In this document: positions 60,622 through 64,000 of the stretch, piece by piece | Position numbering within the stretch: the stretch's first letter is position 1 | Layout: every line of letters begins with the position of its first letter | Assembly: GCA_003427395.1 (NCBI GenBank) | Contig: BFEA01000044.1 | Span: forward strand, 1,761,974 to 1,825,973 | Direction of reading: 5' to 3' | Length of the DNA stretch: 64,000 nucleotides | Source: Chara braunii | Lineage: Eukaryota > Plantae > Charophyceae | Position numbers and translations under genes: made by a program | The notes under the pieces: model-generated | What the model was told of the DNA's origin: nothing | Databases searched by the model: none | Seen by the model: the letters and a program-made list of their open reading frames with translations, nothing else

Positions 60622-63159
60622 GACACACACTGTGTCTCTCTGTGACATACGCACACGCACACGCATACGCATATGCACCCACGAGTACAGACTTCTATCG
60701 GTCTGCCTGTCAGAGGACGAGCTCTGTTTAGACCTGTGCAGCGGCCGGAGGCCGAGCTTCGACTTCTTCAAACTCGCCCCCCGACAAACGTGACGGAGGT
60801 GAACTGTCAAAAGAACTCCATCCAATCAGCCAGCGGATCGGCCGGACGCGTCGGCAAGCGGATCAAATGAAGTCACTGATCATCGGCTGAATGTGCTCAC
60901 AGGTGGTGGCAACGTACTTTCGCTGCAACCCATAGTAGATGAATCTTTCCAGCCTCTGTACTCTTTTGGTGCCGTACGTATGGCGAGGCCTTTAGGGCCG
61001 AGCCCCGCGGTAAAAAAGAACCGGGTAAGGCTAAGGGCGATGCTCCACTACTCAGCAACTGTCCTGTTTCAGTTGCCCGGGTTGGTCACTTCATGGTCGG
61101 CCAAGGCGTCTCGTACGGTTATCAACGGTTCTCTTTGTTGGGACTTTCTGTCCTTGTGACGGGACTCTTGGGACTTTCGGTTGTTGGGACTTTCTGTCGT
61201 TGTGACGGGACTCTTGGGACTTTCTGTTCAGCCGTGGATCCTCTGCAGCGGCAGCGACTTTTTGATCCAGTATCCAGTATCCAGAGTGCAGTAGCATGTA
61301 TCTTCGTTCGGTGTATGCAAACCTGCACCTACAGCCACAGCAAGTTGGGATCCGTCCCATGCCGTGCCTTCTGGAGTCCGTATGCAAACCTGCACCTACA
61401 GCAATGGCAGTCAGCATCACTGAAGGGGAGGCAGTCAGCATCACTGAAGGGGAGGAGTCTTTCTCCTCACCTAAGTTTTGGCGAGGGGCTGCTCCTTCCA
61501 TCGCAGCGTAATGGATCACTTTCAGTCTCCATCTCTACCTTCTTTCTTCTGCTCAAGGTCATCTACTCCGTGGTCGGCGTCGCGCATTCATCCGTTGCTC
61601 TTCGCTCAAGGTCAACTATTTTCAGGCCATCAGTCTGTCTGGTCGCACATCTGGTCTGTCAATCCGGTAAGACCATCTCCATGAGATCCCATTCTGTAAA
61701 TGATGGTGAAGGTTCTCTCTCTCATATCTGTCCCCATCATGTCCCCAGCCCTCCCTCCTTCCCGTCGCACTCTCATTCATTTAGAACATGTTCCTCCCCC
61801 CTTTCCGTTGTTCCTTGCAGTCCTCCTCCTTCTTCCCCTCATCCTTCAACTCCTCCTTCATCCCCTGCAGGTCTGCCATCCCCAACCAGGCGCCCCCCTC
61901 TTCGATTGGTATCCCCGGATCCTTCTTTCCAGTCTCCACGAAGACTGGATTTGCCCCTCTACGATCCCCTCTTAGAATCCAACTTTCTTCGCCAGCATCA
62001 ACCTTCGTTCTCTGGATACCCCCGCCCACAGAGGAACTCCTTGGTCAGTTCAAGGATCACATAACACCACAGTTTCATGACATCTTCACTCCTTTTTTTT
62101 TCTGATTCACGTCTTGAGAGTATCTTTGTTCTTGATTCCCCTACTGCATCTCTTCTTCCTCTCCATCTTGCTCTTCTTCCTCTCATCACACCTCGTTCCT
62201 TCTCTAAACTGCAGCAGGCTTTGGTGAAGATTTGTTACTCTGCTCCTACTACTATCGACAACCTGTTGGACTTCGCTTCTTCCCTGGCGGGTTTCACTTT
62301 TCTAAACAGCAGCAGGACTCTGCTAGTACTCCGGAGGAAACGTGCGGCAGAATCGTTGTCCCATCCTTTCTTCGTCCCAATCATCTTTGGCCTTCTCTCT
62401 GTCGACAGCAGGAGACTTGTTGATCTTTCCTCCAAGGGACTCATCAAAGTGAAGATTGATCTTCACGTCTTCAAGGAAGGATTCACTAACGATATGGCCC
62501 TACTGTTTTTCTGTTTCTGCGTCTGACAAACGCTAGATCTAAGATTCCACTCTAATTAGGTCAATAATGGTCTACACAATTTGCCAGAAAATATACCTAA
62601 CTTAGCCTCTTCCTCTCTTTTCGTCGTCCCTATTTCCTCACTCTTCATTGATTTCTTCAACTCCCTATCTCTGTCTGCAATCGAATCCATGCATCTGCCC
62701 GAATTATTCGCCTGGGGTCCAGGTTCCTGGTATAGATTTATGAGGAAGAGAGCCTATGGTTTCATCCCTGATTATCTCTTCAGACCTGGTCAGCCTTTCA
62801 GCACTCGTCCTTCCTACGCGAGATTCATTCTCTCTTCTGATTACCATGGTACTCTCGTTTTCTGCTACGAGGATACTCTGCCGTCCGAAGATGAAGCGAG
62901 TTCTTAAGCAGCCCCCCCTTCCTTTTCTAGGAGAAGACGTCTGAAACTTCTCCTGAACCTTCTCCTCCAACCCAACCCGTTCCTCTCCAACCTCTGCTTC
63001 TCGTTCCACCCAATCCCTCTTCTCGACCCCACCCCCAGAATTTGCCGAAACCTTTCTCATGCCTCTTCCTCCTCTTTATCATGCATCACTTCACCTTTTA
63101 TCTCTTGTTTCCCCACTTTTTCTGCCATCCTTCTATCCCTCATCAGTTTTTATTCTGGG

Positions 63160-63900
63160 ATGAATATTGTCGAATTCACAGTGTTCCCTCGACTGCTGAA
63201 GAAGTTGCTTAATGCTTGCTTCTATGCATATTTTTTCTTAGGGGTCACTAAAGAGTATTTGTGGATCACTGAGAAAGTTATTCAAGTTTTTTTCGGGGTC
63301 CGGTTCCTTCTCTTCGAGCCTTGGTATGTGCGCTGTTATTCAACGCAACACATAGGAAAATGTTGTCTCTTTCCTGACCAAAAAAGTTTAGTTCCTAATC
63401 CCACTTGCACCTCATGTTCACCAACCCATTCAACTGCGTCTCGTAGACATGGTTGGGGGTTAACCAAGGGTTGGTCCTTTCACAGTGACCCCCTTTCACG
63501 ACAGCGATGGTCCCAATCTTCAGTTCATCAATTTGGGTGTCTCCAACCACGCAGTTGGATAAATCAAACCAAGCGTGTCCATCTCATTGCGCGGACTACT
63601 ACAACGTCTCCTTTGCTATCCCGCCTAAAAGAACAAACAGTGCAAAAGAGCAATTCATTTGGTTGTGTCGCGGTCGCCCATAAAATTAAGAAAGTCATCA
63701 TTACGGTGAATAAAGCATTAGAATCAATTAAAGCAAAACCTAAAATGGGTAGGGGTCAGAGGTGGGTCTCTGGCATGATAGTTTCTCGTCATACAACTCT
63801 CCATCAGCGTTCCGTCTCGAACGCATAACACTCCTAGACGGGCCATGTTTCTGTCGGGCCAGCAACACAGGTTGAGTGCCCCCTTCACGTGAACACCAAA
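63160..63900 (+). pseudogene. Possible degenerate GIY-YIG region of a Penelope-like element
   Basis: CFYAYFFLGVTKEYLWITEK resembles Y-x10-Y[IV]GxT; no RT in window. Confidence 0.25.
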
Positions 63901-63943
63901 TGAAATTAAATAGGCCGCAAGTTAATTAAGAAAGACATCATTA

Positions 63944-64000
<57 letters not shown>

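Noticed and set aside
60466-60825. N-terminal extension of CIA1 (212-aa track ORF)
   Set aside because: The frame runs through a microsatellite containing an N; CIA1 similarity starts just after the ATG at 60465.

Overview
Eukaryotic, repeat-dominated window; the U2/U6 sequences are plant-type and the TE landscape suggests a streptophyte alga such as Chara (inference). One host gene is recognisable: the WD40 cytosolic Fe-S assembly gene CIA1/CIAO1 on the minus strand. It has three exons here (60277-60465, 55197-55346, 30826-31044), introns of 4.9 kb and 24.2 kb, and probably a third intron of >30 kb. The introns are filled with nested, decayed Ty3/Gypsy LTR retrotransposons, hAT- and Harbinger-type MITEs, tandem arrays, U2, U6 and tRNA-like pseudogenes, and one hammerhead ribozyme motif. 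The most striking observation is in the minus-strand Gypsy element with a tRNA-Asp PBS. Between PBS and gag it carries a tightly packed, operon-like array of six small ORFs (spacers -4 to 25 nt), four of which are paralogues of one ~130-aa domain I do not recognise. A fifth homologue of that domain lies near the LTR-like end of a second, related element at 41.6-42.2 kb. A Nextera mate-pair adaptor at 30511-30548 marks an assembly artefact. All coordinates and alignments were done by eye.
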